In this document: in pieces, positions 1 to 14,000 of the stretch
Position numbering within the stretch: position 1 is the stretch's first letter
Layout of the letters: the number at the start of each line of letters is the position of its first letter
Assembly (NCBI GenBank): GCA_964276515.1
Contig: OZ193909.1
Coordinates: forward strand, 19,778,001-19,842,000
Direction: 5' to 3'
DNA length: 64,000 bases
From: Gordius albopunctatus
Lineage: Eukaryota
Notes under the pieces: generated by a model
The model's input: the letters and a program-made list of their open reading frames with translations, nothing else
What the model was told of the DNA's origin: nothing
Databases searched by the model: none
Translations under genes and position numbers: made by a program

Positions 1-690
1 TTTGCATTTTATACCACCCCCACCCATAGGCATTCTCGTCTCTTCCCACCTTTCTCGTCCATAATAGCTAATACACTACGTTTATACGGAGTATAGATGA
101 GTTTCGTTCCCACTTCCCTCACCCCGTTTCTCTATTTTCGATCGGTTTGTAATAGCAGTCGACATCTTTCATCTTTTAAAAAGGAGTAAATACGCGTATT
201 TCCCCAAATTTAACTTAATTACTTAAAAGGTATGACATATAAGAATTAAAAGCATAATTGAGTTGAGCAGTAAATAGTCTTAATAAAATTTATAAATAGT
301 TCCTCTGAATTTAACAGACTATTCACTAGTGTTATTAATATACTAAACGTGACCAATTAATATTAAGTTCAATAAACACAAAATACTCATATGGTAAAAC
401 TCTGGACAACAGACAAAATATATAGGTTTTTTCGTCATTATACTTTCACAATACTGTTAATACAAAAATCTACAATGGTCAATAGTTCCATATAAGAATA
501 TTAAATTACACTTTATATGGATGTGTGTGCAATATAATTAGGGCGGGAAACACAACAAAAAGTCTAAAGAACGATGGGAGGGGTTTGGATTAAATAGCAG
601 GAGGCCAAAATTTTAAGCATTCTTGGCAAAAAACAGTCTTAAGCAATTAACGTAGTCATTGTGGTTTTACAAAAACCAGGATAAAATTTG

Positions 691-3600
691 TTAGGGCGGA
701 GGATGTCTATTTGGTTGGTTGGCTAAAGCCATCATGTTAAGTTGTTCGGCGTATGAAGGAGGCGGCAACTCGCCCAGCCCCATGACGTGAGAGGGTGGTG
801 TCATGTGAGGAAATCTATAATAGGCCGCTGCGTGAGGGAACCCAGGGTAAAGATGAGGTGGGAGGTGGTGCTGGTAGGCAAGAGGTTCAGAAGTAGGGAG
901 TGGAGAAGCGGATAACGGATGTGGTGGGGCGGCTCCGTGAGAAGCGATGTACTTGTCGAATAGGTATTGGGGTATGGCGAAAGGTGAGCCTTGGTGGTGT
1001 TGTTGCTGCAATAGCGATGAGTAGGGGGAATATTTGTTGTGATGGGGGTGAAGGTGTGGTAAGTTGGGTGGAAAAGAGGGTAGAAATCTCGGAGGATTGT
1101 AAACTAAGGTATCCATGGAACTTTGGATTTCTTCATTAGAGGTTGAATGACTGGAGTCAACCACGGTCTCGCGAAAATCGAGAGGTTGGTAACCATGTCC
1201 TTCACTAAAATGTGGCGCGTGGCTGTTATGTGTAATCGCCGTCCTTCCAATATTTTCTCCAGTGCAGAAGGGGAGGTCTGGTGGTGTTTTAGTGTCGCAA
1301 CCGTTGTGAGGGGCTAAACCGCCAGCGGGTTGATAATAGAGAGGAGGAGCAAGGCTATTGTTGCTATAGTCAAACGCCTTTTTGGATAGCAAATATTGTG
1401 AGTAGGCGGCGGCTTGATAAGGTGAATGATATGGTGGGTACATTTGAAAGGGAGAGTAAGCCAAGGCCGCCGACGCGTGATATTTATCGAAGGGGGGAGG
1501 ATAGGAGGAATGCTGAGGGTCTAGAGAGAGCGGAGTACCCTTATCAATTGGGTAGGCGCCGTTACTCATTATACCTTGATGATGGGTGCTCGTTCGCTGA
1601 TTAAAGTCAACGTCACCTTTTCTTAACGACTCCATATCACGGGCGACGTTCACAACTTCCACAGGTTCTACGGTAGCGAGGTGGTGACTATGGTCTCTCG
1701 GAATCTCACTACTACTACTCGTAACTGACACGCTGATTGGGAAGTAGGGTGTGTTTTGTTCAGACTTTTCCGAAATTTCCCTCACCAAGGTAGTGACGTA
1801 AGGTGCTTGCGGGGAGTCGTTGTTGACAACTTCCAAAATTTCTTCCTTGCCGTTATCATCGTCTAGAGGTGTTGCAGTAGAGTCAGTGTTACAACCTCTA
1901 TCGGTGATGGCAGTGAGAGGAGGTACGGTAAACGGGGAATCGACAATAATAGGAGCACCTCCTATACATTCCGTGTTCGTGAGGGCCACTGAATAAGACT
2001 GCATTTCCTTATCCTTATCATCCAATGCTATGGGTCCACAAGCAGCCGCCGAGAGATTCAAAAGCAATAGGGCAGCCGGATCGACATCTTTGTAGTAAGA
2101 AGTGCTCGCGTTGCCGAGCGATTCTTCCAACGCTCTTTGATTTTTTACCTCACCTTCACCCACAAAATCGATGATGGGTGGGGGAGGGGGAGGTGGTAGG
2201 CAAGATATAAGTTGTTTCATGGCCACGGTGGTGAAAGTTGAGCCGTTCTTGAAATCGGACTGTTGCTCAGGACTTGACACGAGATCTGATATAGGTGCTT
2301 GGGTAGGCACCGTCGCCATATTTTGATAGAGGTTGGACTTATCCTCGGGAGGTGGAGGTGGGATTCGTGATTTCTGAAGATTAATTTCGCACTGAGCTGT
2401 GGGCAATATGGGTGGAGGCGGGGGTGGCTCTAGTAACGCTATGTAAGGGGAAGATGATACCATCGTGGTTGAAGGTCGATTAGATTTATTACTATTGTTA
2501 CTAACAATAGACTTGGATATTTTAATTTGTGGGAGCGTTTCCCTTCTATAGTTATTTATTTTGGGCTGGTCTTGAGTCTTGATGGTTGATGGTGTGGGGC
2601 TAGGAAGAGTGGAACAGGATTTTACTCTGGCAACTTTCCGAGACCCAGAAACTTCTGTAGTGATGACGAGTGAGGGATTATTTGCTGAAACCATAACAAC
2701 TGCCCCAGATACTTTCTTATGATTCTCAGAATATGTAGTAAAAGTCTTATAAGTTAGCGATCCAAGTGGTCCTTCTACCATCTTAGTTAATGGCGTAAGG
2801 TTAGTTTGGGGCGGCCTTTGGGATACTGCAGAGTGGATGGTCTTGGGAGAAGCATTGGGGGAGGCTAAAGTAAGATTAGCATGTAGGCTCGCTCTCTTAC
2901 GGAACTTATTACTACTGTTCAATTCATCAGAGTTATTTGTGGGTGTGGGAGATCTTCTCCTGCGTTTACTCACTCCAAGAGGCTCTTCTATACTAGAATG
3001 TAGGGTCGAGGAGACTTGATTGTAGGTATAATTGTGCGACGAAGAAGCCTGTTGTTGATATTCGTGTGGAGGGGTAAACGTTAATGACAATAAGGCTGGT
3101 ATACTACTATTGTTTGTTGTTAGTGATGGTTGAAGTGTGGCATTACTGGAATTTTGCCTGTAAACATGTTGTGTATTAATAGATCTTTTAGTTTGAGGTC
3201 CAGACACTTCACTACTGATTGTAGATAGAGTAGCCTTCTTCCAAGATTGGTAAGAAGTTGCGGATGCAGAGATGTGTGTAGATGTATTGTTGAGTGTTGG
3301 ATTCTGTTGGGAAGTAGGTGATACTGATGTCATGACACTTATGGGTAGGGTTGTATTGACTTTAAGGTCCCTCAACAATGGCTTAGTGAGGCTAGCAGGT
3401 TGTTGGTGCCTGAACTGTATGTGTGCTTTGAGATCTTCGAGGGTTAGATAGCCTTTAAAACATAGATCAGTAGTTTGACCAGGTTTTGAAGTCACATTTT
3501 GAATACACAAATGCATTTGGTTGAAGTATATCTTTTCAATCCTTTGAACCTTTTCTTTACATCTGTTAAATCAAAATGAAAGATAATTTTAAGTTCAAAA

Positions 3601-4309
3601 ATTTTATTTTTTAATGGGTAAGCATAGTAATATTACCTTGTGCATGAGTGCTTAATTAATTTATTCACACAATCGAAGCAAAGTACATGTCGACAAGGCA
3701 TCTAGAAATATAAATGAATTAGGCATTATAGATATCATTCAAATGTAGTTAAATAAAAGTTAAAAAGGCTTACCAATCTACCATAGGTGAGTATGGGGCT
3801 ACAACATTCTAAACATAGATGAATGTTGTGTGAAGAAATCTTTTGACCTACAATTTGAGCCTAAATATATGATATTAAATAAGCATTTATAAAAACATGA
3901 TGAAGTTGGTATATAAAGTGGAGATATATATATTTTTTTATAAAATATTAGTAATATTTAATAACATTGTATTGGCATCTAACAATAATATATTTTATAA
4001 GACACATATGCAATATAATTATGCCTTGAAATAAAGTATAAAAATAGCAAATCTTAAAAATATTAGATTATATAAGAATAAAAACACAATGTAAGATGTT
4101 TCAAGTATTACAGGATAATCCCACTGAATTTCACTATCTTTATGAGTTGGATCAGTGTTTGTGAGATGGCTTGAAAATAAGGGTGGAGAAGAATCATGAT
4201 ACCCATCAGATAAATTTTTATAATAATCTACAATAAAATAAATACATTCCCAAAAGTGTAAGCCCTTACCATATTCTTTAATTGCAAGATTATTTTTCAA
4301 AAGCTCCAT
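691..4309 (-). CDS. CBLL1: E3 ubiquitin ligase Hakai (RING + C2H2 HYB domain); exons 4309-4270, 4227-4112, 3860-3774, 3701-3637, 3562-691; ~1059 aa
   Basis: GT-AG splicing gives IQWDYP-AQIVGQK..HLCLECCSPILTYGRL-MPCRHVLCFDC..CT-RCKEKVQRIE..MHLC..CFKGYLTLEDLKAHIQFRH, the Hakai signature. Exon phases are consistent (3180 nt). The first exon/start is the least certain part. Confidence 0.88.
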
Positions 4310-4898
4310 CAGATTTTATACCTGAACTTTATAACTCATAATAAACATAAGCAACATAGAGGGGTTTTTATTAAAGGAGATAGGTTCATATCAAAAAAGT
4401 ATTTTTTAGGCACCAAATATGATGCGAATGATACCGAATTTACTAATTTAATGATGCCGATAATTTGAAAAATTTCAGCTTACTTTACCAATAGCGTATA
4501 AATTAATTCGTTTGTTATATTGGTTATATTTATTATTAATTTATGAAAGATTAATAAAAACCATTAAATGAATTTAAAATAATAAAAGTTGAGTATTTTT
4601 AGCTTCAGTGCATCTATTTAAAATTTATAATATCACTTCGGAGTCAAATTGATTTAGTTGCTTCAAAGAAAATTCAAATATTACATCTTGACTTATTATA
4701 TTTTTAAATGGATTGTGAAGTATATCTGGTTGAATGTTTATAATTATCAAATATTTTGACTTTAATTTATAGCTAATGACGTTAGGTTTTAATAGCAGTT
4801 TAACTATTAATAAACGAGGGTTCTATTCCCTTGGCGTATAGCCAACATCGTAGTGACAAATCCTTGGACGTAAACTATTTTTGTAGAATCGAATCCAA

Positions 4899-5012
4899 TG
4901 ACGTCAATCAATAATACTTCTGGGAAACTTAATTCTATGGCCTTCCCAGAAAATAATCGATCTTCATGGAAACTGATCGATTAGTTTAGATCTTCCAAGA
5001 ATATTATCGATT
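4899..5012. promoter_or_regulatory. Cluster of four TTCnnnGAA sites, one TGACGTCA and three ATCGAT cores upstream of Hakai
   Basis: TGACGTCA 4899-4906; TTCTGGGAA 4918, TTCCCAGAA 4943, TTCATGGAA 4963, TTCCAAGAA 4993. Function is inferred only; it may be an LTR remnant. Confidence 0.35.
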
Positions 5013-5425
5013 ATGTATTTTATAATAACTATATAAACTCAATTTAAACACATGTTAAAAGAGTCCTGTAATTTTTATTCCCCTTTTTATATATTCGTTG
5101 AAAAATATAGTAACTTGTAACTGCGTATAAGTTATTAAAACATAAATCGACCAGCAAGTTAAATTATTAATCTCATCACGATATGCAACATAGTAAACTT
5201 AAAGGGCCTTTTCATGAAAAGGTGAGAGGTAATAAGAGGCCCTGACTATATCCGAATATTATGTCCTGGTTATTCCAAATTTAGCATGTTTTAAAATGAA
5301 CCTTAATGTAAGTGATCGATTCAATCAAGTAAAGTAACTTCTGTCGGTATTTCTTTATCCATATTCTCTTAAGTATTTCATTTGGTGTCATATATTCTAA
5401 AAATTCTTTGTTCCTAATTTATCAC

Positions 5426-8400
5426 TGTAATATTTGTATTAACGAAAGATATATCGTATTATTAAATTGTTATGTTCGGTATTCCTAGTGCATACAATTT
5501 GTATATAGAACATATGACCTAATTGGAATAAACATTTAATTGAGTACAAATTATTAACTGTGTTCCACGCATAGACTAATAAAACTATAGACTGCCGAAC
5601 AGCTAATCTTTGCATTGAAATTTATTTAGCAACTCATAAATTTATAAAATAAATATTAAAATCCAGCGAAATAAATAGCGCACATAGCGCTTAAATAGTT
5701 TATGAGACGAAAGTAATGGCGGACTACACCCTTACTTAAAAATTCTCGACTGTTCGGCAGTCTATAGTTTATTAGTCTATGGTTCCACGCTATATTCTGG
5801 CGCGGTCGATAGGATCTAAGAAGATCATGGAATCTATTCCTAGCTACAACCCTTCAGATAAGATAGAATCATATTTGTTCACATTAGATAATATATTCAA
5901 AGCTAGGAACATTACGGATCTAAATAAAAAAAGCAACCACATTGTTTCTGGCATATATGGGCCAAAGCAATATTGAAAAGATTAGATCTTATTTATATCC
6001 TAAGGATATTACCATCCTCACCTATAAGGAATTAATTGATGCAATCAAGAAAGTTTTTCAAATTAAAAGAACAATATTCCAAAACAGGTTAAATTTTATA
6101 AGATGCATTAAACAGAAGGGAGAAGCAATAAAGGACTATGCTAATAGACTTAAGACAATAGCAGAAGAATGTAATTTTGCTATTAACCTAGATGAACATC
6201 TCAGGGACCAGATGTTACATGTGATCCAAAACAAAACTTTTGAAATAGAATAAGAACACGATGGCCTGAGGCTATAGATTCCAATGGCAATACAATAACA
6301 TTTGAAGAGATATACAAGATAGCTGAAGCCATGGAGTTGGCCAAGAAAGAAGTCATAACTTACGAAATTGATGCTATAAATCAAAGGTATAAGCCAAAAA
6401 CTAAACAACAACATTATGTGAAACAACAACATCACAATTGTTCTAGGTGTGGCAAACATCATGAACCAAAGAAATGCCCTGCATTTTACAAACAATGTTT
6501 TATCTGTCAGAAAAAGGATCATTTTTCAAAATTCTGTCACACAAGAAATGTAAATATGGTGAACACAGTTAAAAATTTAAAGCCTTATATTAAGGTAAAT
6601 ATAAATAAAATAACTTGCAACATGTTATTTGATACAGGGGCTGCAGTGTCTATAATTAACCAGGCAATTTACAATTTAATTCAGACACCTAGCCTGAATA
6701 ATGCCCAAAGTTAAAATCTTTTGGAGATCACCCCATACCAATATTAGGTAAAACTACTGTAAATGTACAACTGGGGGTGAAGGTGTTAAAATTACCAGTA
6801 TTTGTGACAACTGCTAATGAAGGTCCAATATTTGGTCTTGATTGGATTAAAGCCTTCCAACTTGATCTTCCAGAAGTGGTAAAAATAAATAAAATTCAAG
6901 ATGACATTGTTACTAAATTACTTAAACAATATGAGGCTGTATTCAGTGTTGGCCCAGGTATAACAAAAAATTATCAAGTCAAGATTTTCCTAAATGAAGG
7001 GGCCCAACCTATTGCATTACAAACCAGAAGGATACCATTTCCTTTAAGACAGAAAGTAGAAATGGAATTAAAAAGATTGCTAAATGAAGACATTATTAAA
7101 CGTGTTGACCCTTCTATGAATGTAATAAAATGGATTACACCCACAGTTAATGTAATAAAGATTAACGGAGCCATACGCATTTGCGGTAATTTTAGGGTAA
7201 CATTGAACCCATACTTGAATACAAACAACCATATGTTACCAAAGTTTGACAACCTTATTACAAAAATAGCTGGTGGTGAAAGATATACAATAATTGATCT
7301 GCGTGATGACTATTTGCAAATGGTGGTAGACGAAGATTGCAGACATATGCTTACAATCGCTACGCACATAGGGCATTTTCAATATAAAAGACTACCTTTT
7401 GGATTAGCGACTGCTCCCAACTTATTTCAAAGATATATCGAAGATTTGTTAAATGGAATTCCGCACACTGGGGTACTTTTAGATGATATTATAGTCCTGG
7501 GTTAAATCAAGATGACCATTTGAAAAATCTAAACGAGGTCCTAACAAGAATACAAAATGCTGGGCTGAGAGCAAAAAAGGAAAAATTCAAATTTTTCCAA
7601 AACTCAGTTACCTATCTAGGACATAAAATTGATTCGACAGGTATCCACCCTACGGAAGAACGCATTGAGGCAATTAAAAATTTCAAGACACCAGAAAATA
7701 AAAAGGAGCTTCGCTCATTTTTAGGTCTTGTGAATTATCAGGAACGTTATATTCCGCGATTACATGAAAAATGTGCTTCACTACATGCCTTAACTGGTTC
7801 TACCATAATGTGGAGATGGACAATTCAGGAACAGAAAATTTTTGATGAAGTTAAGTTGATGCTTTCATCTTCTGACACCTTAGTACCGTATAGTACAACG
7901 TTACCGGTTAATCTTGCAGTTGATGCGTCCGAGACAGGTGTAGGCACCGTGATATCTCATGTTTTTCCCGACAAATCTGAAAGACCCATAGCTTATGCTT
8001 CTAGAACGTTGAGCCAATCAAAAAACAATATTCGACGATTGACCGTGAAGCTAGAGCCATAATTTTTGGAATTGAAAAGTTTAATCAATATCTCAGAGGA
8101 CGAAAATTTACGTTAACAACGGACCACAAACCGTTAGAAAGAATTTTAGGTTGTAAAAGGGATCTACCCAAAATGGTTAATAACAGGCTGGTACGGTGGG
8201 CTTTACTATTAAATTCCTATCAATATGAAATTAAATATCGTATGGGTAAAGACAACAAATGTGCAGATGCTCTGTCTAGATTGACTACTCACGTAGATGG
8301 TGACAATGCCAAAATAAACAATGTCGGGTTATTAATGATAGAGGTCTTAACACTGAATAGAGAAATGATTAAAAATGCAATAAAGACAGATCGTAGTTGT

Positions 8401-9742
8401 CTAGAATTAATTCGTGCTATTGAGCGCAATAGGCGCATAGACATGTCCAAATTTCACTTAGACATAAAAGGATATTTCAATAAACGTGAGATTTCGTAAG
8501 AGAGTGGACTATTATTTTTAGGAAATAGGTTGATCATTCCAAAATCTTTACAGAATTTGGTTCTTAGGATTTTACATCCAGGAATTACGGGGATGCGAAA
8601 TGTTTGTCGCTATTATGTTTATTGGCCGAGAATGGATGAAGACATTGACAGACATGTAAAATCATGCGAAGGATGTCAAGAAGTGCGACCTTCAGAAAAA
8701 CAGGTACCGCTCTATCCTTGGAATTTACCTGATCGTGTGTGGGACCGTTTGCACATTGATATAGCGGGTCCAATAGAAGGAAAATGGTGGTTGGTACTAA
8801 TAGACTCATTCTCGAAATGGGTTGAGGTAGCAACGGTAACTTCGACAACAACATCGGTCGTAATCAATCACTACGGAATTGGTTCTGTGAATTTGGAATC
8901 CCGACGCAGATTGTGTCAGACAATGGGCCACTATTTGCTGGACAAGAATTTTCCAAATTCAGTGTTTCAAATAATATTACTCACATAAAATCGACTCCAT
9001 TTCATTCTAAAACCAATGGGCAGGCCGAAAGGATGATAAGGACGTTAAAAACAAGATATTATGCTGCGAGAAGACAGACTTGGAACAAAGAACTTTGTCT
9101 CCAACAGGTCTTGATAAGTTACAGAAACTCTCCTCAAGCGACGACGGGAAAAATCCCATCCGAATTAATTTTAGGAAGGAGATTACAAACCGCACTAGAT
9201 TCAATAAAGCCAGATTTAAGAAACGTAATAAGGGAGAAGATATGGAAACAGACAGCATATCATGATCAGAATGTACGTTATAGGGAATATGAGGTTGGAG
9301 ATCCAGTATGGATTCGCAACAAAATTAAGCCGGGATGGTACAAAGGTATTATTGGAGAATGGAAGGGCCACTATTCCTATAATGTCCGGACAGACGGTGG
9401 AATCAAAAGAAAACATGCTGATCAAATGAAGCTTAGGTTGCGATCACAGTTTATGCCAAGTTTAGAGACGGCGACAACAGGTTTGGAACAAAACATAGAA
9501 GGAGTGGAAAGGCCCCCTATATTGCGACGTTCAACAATAATATTAAAACCACCGGTACGATTCTACGATGAATATTACTTTTAAGAAAGGGAGAAATGTA
9601 ATATTTGTATTAACGAAAGATACATCGTATTATATTGTTATGTTCGGTATTCCTAGTGCATACAATTTGTATATTGAACATATGACCTAATTGGAATAAA
9701 CATTTAATTGAGTACAAATTATTAACTGTGTTCCACGATATA
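5426..9742 (+). mobile_element. Ty3/Gypsy (Mag-like) LTR retrotransposon, full length but with frameshifts and stops
   Basis: LTRs 5426-5794 (contains a MITE) and 9597-9742; TSD ATCAC (5421-5425, 9743-9747); tRNA-Ser-like PBS TGGCGCGGTCGATAGGAT; PPT AAGAAAGGGAGAAA; gag zinc knuckles, PR FDTGA, RT LLDD, RNase H and IN in ORF fragments 5827-9584. Confidence 0.95.
5570..5781. mobile_element. 212-bp MITE (8-bp TSD, hAT- or P-like) in the 5' LTR
   Basis: ~32-bp TIR CATAGACTAATAAA(A)CTATAGACTGCCGAACAG; TSD GTTCCACG at 5562-5569 and 5782-5789; absent from the 3' LTR. Confidence 0.93.
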
Positions 9743-11012
9743 ATCACCAGGTCGTTTCTTACGCTTTCTAACCTTTGGTTTAAGTTGTTCCTTCCACCAT
9801 CTGTGGTTACATATCATTCTCGTCTCTTTAAGCTGCTTTACAAGGCTCTTTGATAATTAGCCCACTTTATCGATTCTTGCTTTATCTTATCCGGATAGAA
9901 ACAAATACATAAACATAGCAGAAGATATAGTAAGTGCTCACAAACTGGTTAAAGTTTGAAGATTTGTTAACCCCTTTATCTTTTCTTAAAAAAGGGGAAA
10001 ATTTTGCGAAATCTTTACATTTGTCATAATTTTTATTCTATTTTTTTAGTACAAGTAAAAAAACATTACACTTCCACTTATCGCTGGAAAGCTGAATCTC
10101 ACTCGCACAACTTAAAAAGCGGCACCCAAGATTTATGTGGCTTGCGCCAAACATCAGCAAATATTAATCTAATACAAGCTGAATATCCTACTATTGAATA
10201 ATTGCAATTTTCTCGAATAATTTAGAGTGTTGATGCATTTTTAGTATAAATTTAGGGAATAATGTTTTATTAGTGTTGGTAATGGGTTAAAATTAAATAG
10301 CTTCAATTATAAGGCAACATAGAAGGGGGCTTTGTCAGTAGATAGGCATATTGAAGGTTTTAAAATTTATTAAGACTTCATTAAAATTTTAACATATCAT
10401 TTTATCTCCCATTAAATTATTTTTGAAACTTATTCCAAGTTTTTCACTTACATCGATTTTGTAATATTTTAAAGCCTTTCTTACAAGTTTTATTATGCGT
10501 CAAGGACAATAAAGCGATTTCATAGCACAAAAAATCTTCTCAAACATTTGGCCAATGTCCCACTAATTTTATAAATAATATTTTTTTGATTTTGGCCAAA
10601 AATTTCATATTTTTCGTAGAGATGTAACTAAAAAAGGTTTTTAATATTAAGAAATCTGTAAGATATACAATATCTGTAGCTATCACTCGCTATTATTCTC
10701 ACCGTTTATCAATAAAATAATTATCCTTTTACAATAAAAATCCAAAATTCTTAAAATTAGACAAGCGGTAATCTTGCATATTTCAAGATGGCGGACTTTT
10801 CCAATATTATAAAACAAATCCATATTCTCGCTCATTTTTATAAATAATAAGAACGACATTGATAAACGATATTGGTATAGGGGAGATATAATAATTATAT
10901 GAATAGGGGGGGGGGGGGATAACTAAACAAAATGATGAGCTCGGTCTGGTGCGTTCGCTAGCCTATATCAAGTTGTATCCAAATATCAAAGTATTTAAGG
11001 GGCACATGATGA

Positions 11013-14000
11013 TCATCTGTTAGTTGACATGGATTGTAGCTTCTCTTCTTTGATCCTCCGCAAATGAAAAAACTAAATAAAAAACATTTTTTTTTAAAAT
11101 CAAATTCAAATATTTAAATTAAAACGGAATACTAACTTGACGTTTATCCAAAAACTTTTGCACGAACTCTTCCGTTTCCAATTTACCTAACAAAAGAAAC
11201 CATTTAAAATAAACATCGGAGGACGGGGGCAATAATGGATCAAGGAGGGGCAAAACGATATTGTTGTCATTTTAGCCAAAATTATATTAAATTTTGAAGA
11301 ATTTTTGGATTAAGATGCAAAATGCTAAGCCAAAATAAAATTTTGCCTAGATCGTAGTCTTATCTATCCTTTTTGCCTAGATAAAAAATGCAATATAACC
11401 AAAGAGGCACAGCTAAGGTAGGCGCTGGGCCAAAATGCAAATAATTCAAAAAGCAGTTCGTTTAAAACCAAAATGGCTAAATAGCATCGAACCAAGCTAA
11501 AAAGAGGTCAAAAGCGGCGCTGTTTTCTAATTTAAGCTTTATAGGGATATTTTGATACAAAGACACTTTACTACACGAAGAGGGGGGGGGGGGGTATGTT
11601 GGTTTATTTTTATGTTTACCAGACGCGTACCAGGAACTAAAATTTCGAATAAATAACATCGCCACTTGCACTCTAAGAGTTTGTATCACCTAGCACCTGG
11701 CTATTAAAATAATGAGTCACTATTTAGGCGGTAAACTTTGATTTTCTCACCGTTTCGTGGTTAACAAAAAGACCATTATTGAACGTCTAGAAAAAATTGT
11801 TATCACTAATTTTAGCGCTTTGTAAAATCTCGCTGATAAATGCTCCTATAAAAGTTGTTATCCATCTTAATGATAAATGTTTTGAAGAAATTTTAAAATA
11901 AGGTTTTTTTTTTTATAAATACTAAATACAATTTTACATATATAGTTTCTATAATATCGGTTTTTTCCACTTGACAAAATATGTTAAATTGTTAAAATAA
12001 AGCATAAGATAAGATTGCCTTTCCTTTTGTTGTTTAAAATTACAAGGAATATGGTAATTTGATATCTAAAGATAAAATGATACGATCTTACAAAAATTTA
12101 AACAAATTATTGCGATCCAAACAAGGCGTAAAGCTCTGCTAATTAAATTTATATTTTATCATCATAATTTTGTAAAAAATGCTATTGAACATAACTAATT
12201 GTTTCTTCGCATGCATTCATAAAGAATACTATCAAACAACTTATCCTTTTACTAATTTACTTATATTTAACATACTAAAAAACAATTTGTAAATTTTAAA
12301 AAATAACTTTAATCGCATTTAATAATTTAGTAATAAATTAAGTCAGATTTACCTTCTATAAAGGAATCAAATATGGCTTCAGATTCTTCTTCAGCTTGAC
12401 TAGCAGCTACTTTGAGATTTAAACAAAGGGATGATGGTTCATATCTTTCCGAAATTTCTTTCAAATTTGATATGACGGAATTTAGTTCTTCTTTTTTAGC
12501 GTTAATCGCGTCGATCTGTTAAACGATTTTTAATACTCGCATTCATTTATTGATAATTTAATTCCCATACATAACACAAATGGTATTTTCTAAAAATTTT
12601 ATAAAACAACTATGGCTAATTTGTAGGAAAAACTATATAACTTAATCAAAAGAAATCTTTATAAAATTTATATAATTAAAAAAAACACTCAATCTAAACA
12701 TTTTAATGATTGCAACCGGGGAAAAATAATTATATGCAGGCTTAATGCTTTTGTAAAGCGTTTACACATTACCGAATTTAATTTAATCTTGCCAGATGTT
12801 AAATACAAAGCTCTTAGTACTATTTAATGTTGTAATTTTAAGCCTTTATTGCGATTAAATAGAAATGATTAAGTGGCCGAGTTATGAAAATCGTTTGGTT
12901 TTTCATGCACATTTGTATTTATTTTTTTATTATGATAGTCTGAACAAACCATACGAAAAGTATTTTTAAAATTATAAAATAATAATTTTGTAATAGTTTT
13001 ATATCGTAAATCAGGGCCACTCTGGCATAAATAATAATCTAACCTTGGTAAGTAGGTTCATCTTCTTATTTTCCATGTCAGATTTTTTCGATAAATTCAT
13101 TCCTATATGCATATAAAATCCATAAGATTTTGATATAGATAAAAAAAATACAAAAAATTTAAGTGAGATAGAAATACTTGCTAGATTTTCGATATTCTGT
13201 AGTAATTTTTCCCGATCTTTGGTCAATTTTTCGATTTGAGGCAACTTACTGATAACTTCATCAACTAGCTTACCTTCATTGTCGTTAAGTTCTTTCAATT
13301 GTTCCAGCCTACAAAATAATTCAAAAACTCAAAATTTTTGATGTTTGAATAATGTTTTGTATCTAAAAGGATTGGAATAAAATAAAAATGGTGAATAATA
13401 AATTCAAAATTATTAAGCTCACATACACATATGATTTTTTTGTCTCATAAGAATATGTTTAAACATCAATTTTTTGAATTATTGAGGATGGAGTAATTAA
13501 AAAAAATTGAATTTATATTTTAAACATATATGAAATAAGATAGCATCTTATTAATTTCAAGATTCCCAGACATGTCATACATATACTGGCAGCCATTTAG
13601 AACTTATTTTTATATCCTAAAACTAAGTTTAATATTTATCTACCTAAAACCCCCCAAAAATGAATATTATAATCAATATATATAATGTTTAATAATAAAA
13701 AATTAATTAATCTGCTAAAATAAATGAAAAACATACGTGAAATCAGATAGCTTAGGAAATGCATCTGGTATCTCTGGCATGGTGTAAGTTTTGGCAATTG
13801 TGGTGTTCAAAGATGGAAGGGATATGGTTGGCTATATAATAATAATGATTAAAATTGGAGATTATTAAAAGGCTAAATATACATATGTTTGCAATGTCTC
13901 TGAATTATTATCGTTTTTGTTTGTATTGTCATTATAATAAGTAGATAAAGACTGTTGATTAAAATTGTTCCAGTTTTGTTCATTTGTTAAACTGGGGTAA

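Noticed and set aside
900..3019. Short plus-strand ORFs inside Hakai (and similar antisense ORFs over TEs)
   Set aside because: Shadow ORFs with no recognisable motifs.
4019..4309. 96-aa ORF with a hydrophobic C-terminus
   Set aside because: Hakai exons 1-2 read through an in-frame 42-nt intron and into intron 2.
10004..10201. Possible terminal exon on the plus strand
   Set aside because: An acceptor-like site exists, but there is no recognisable homology or upstream exon.
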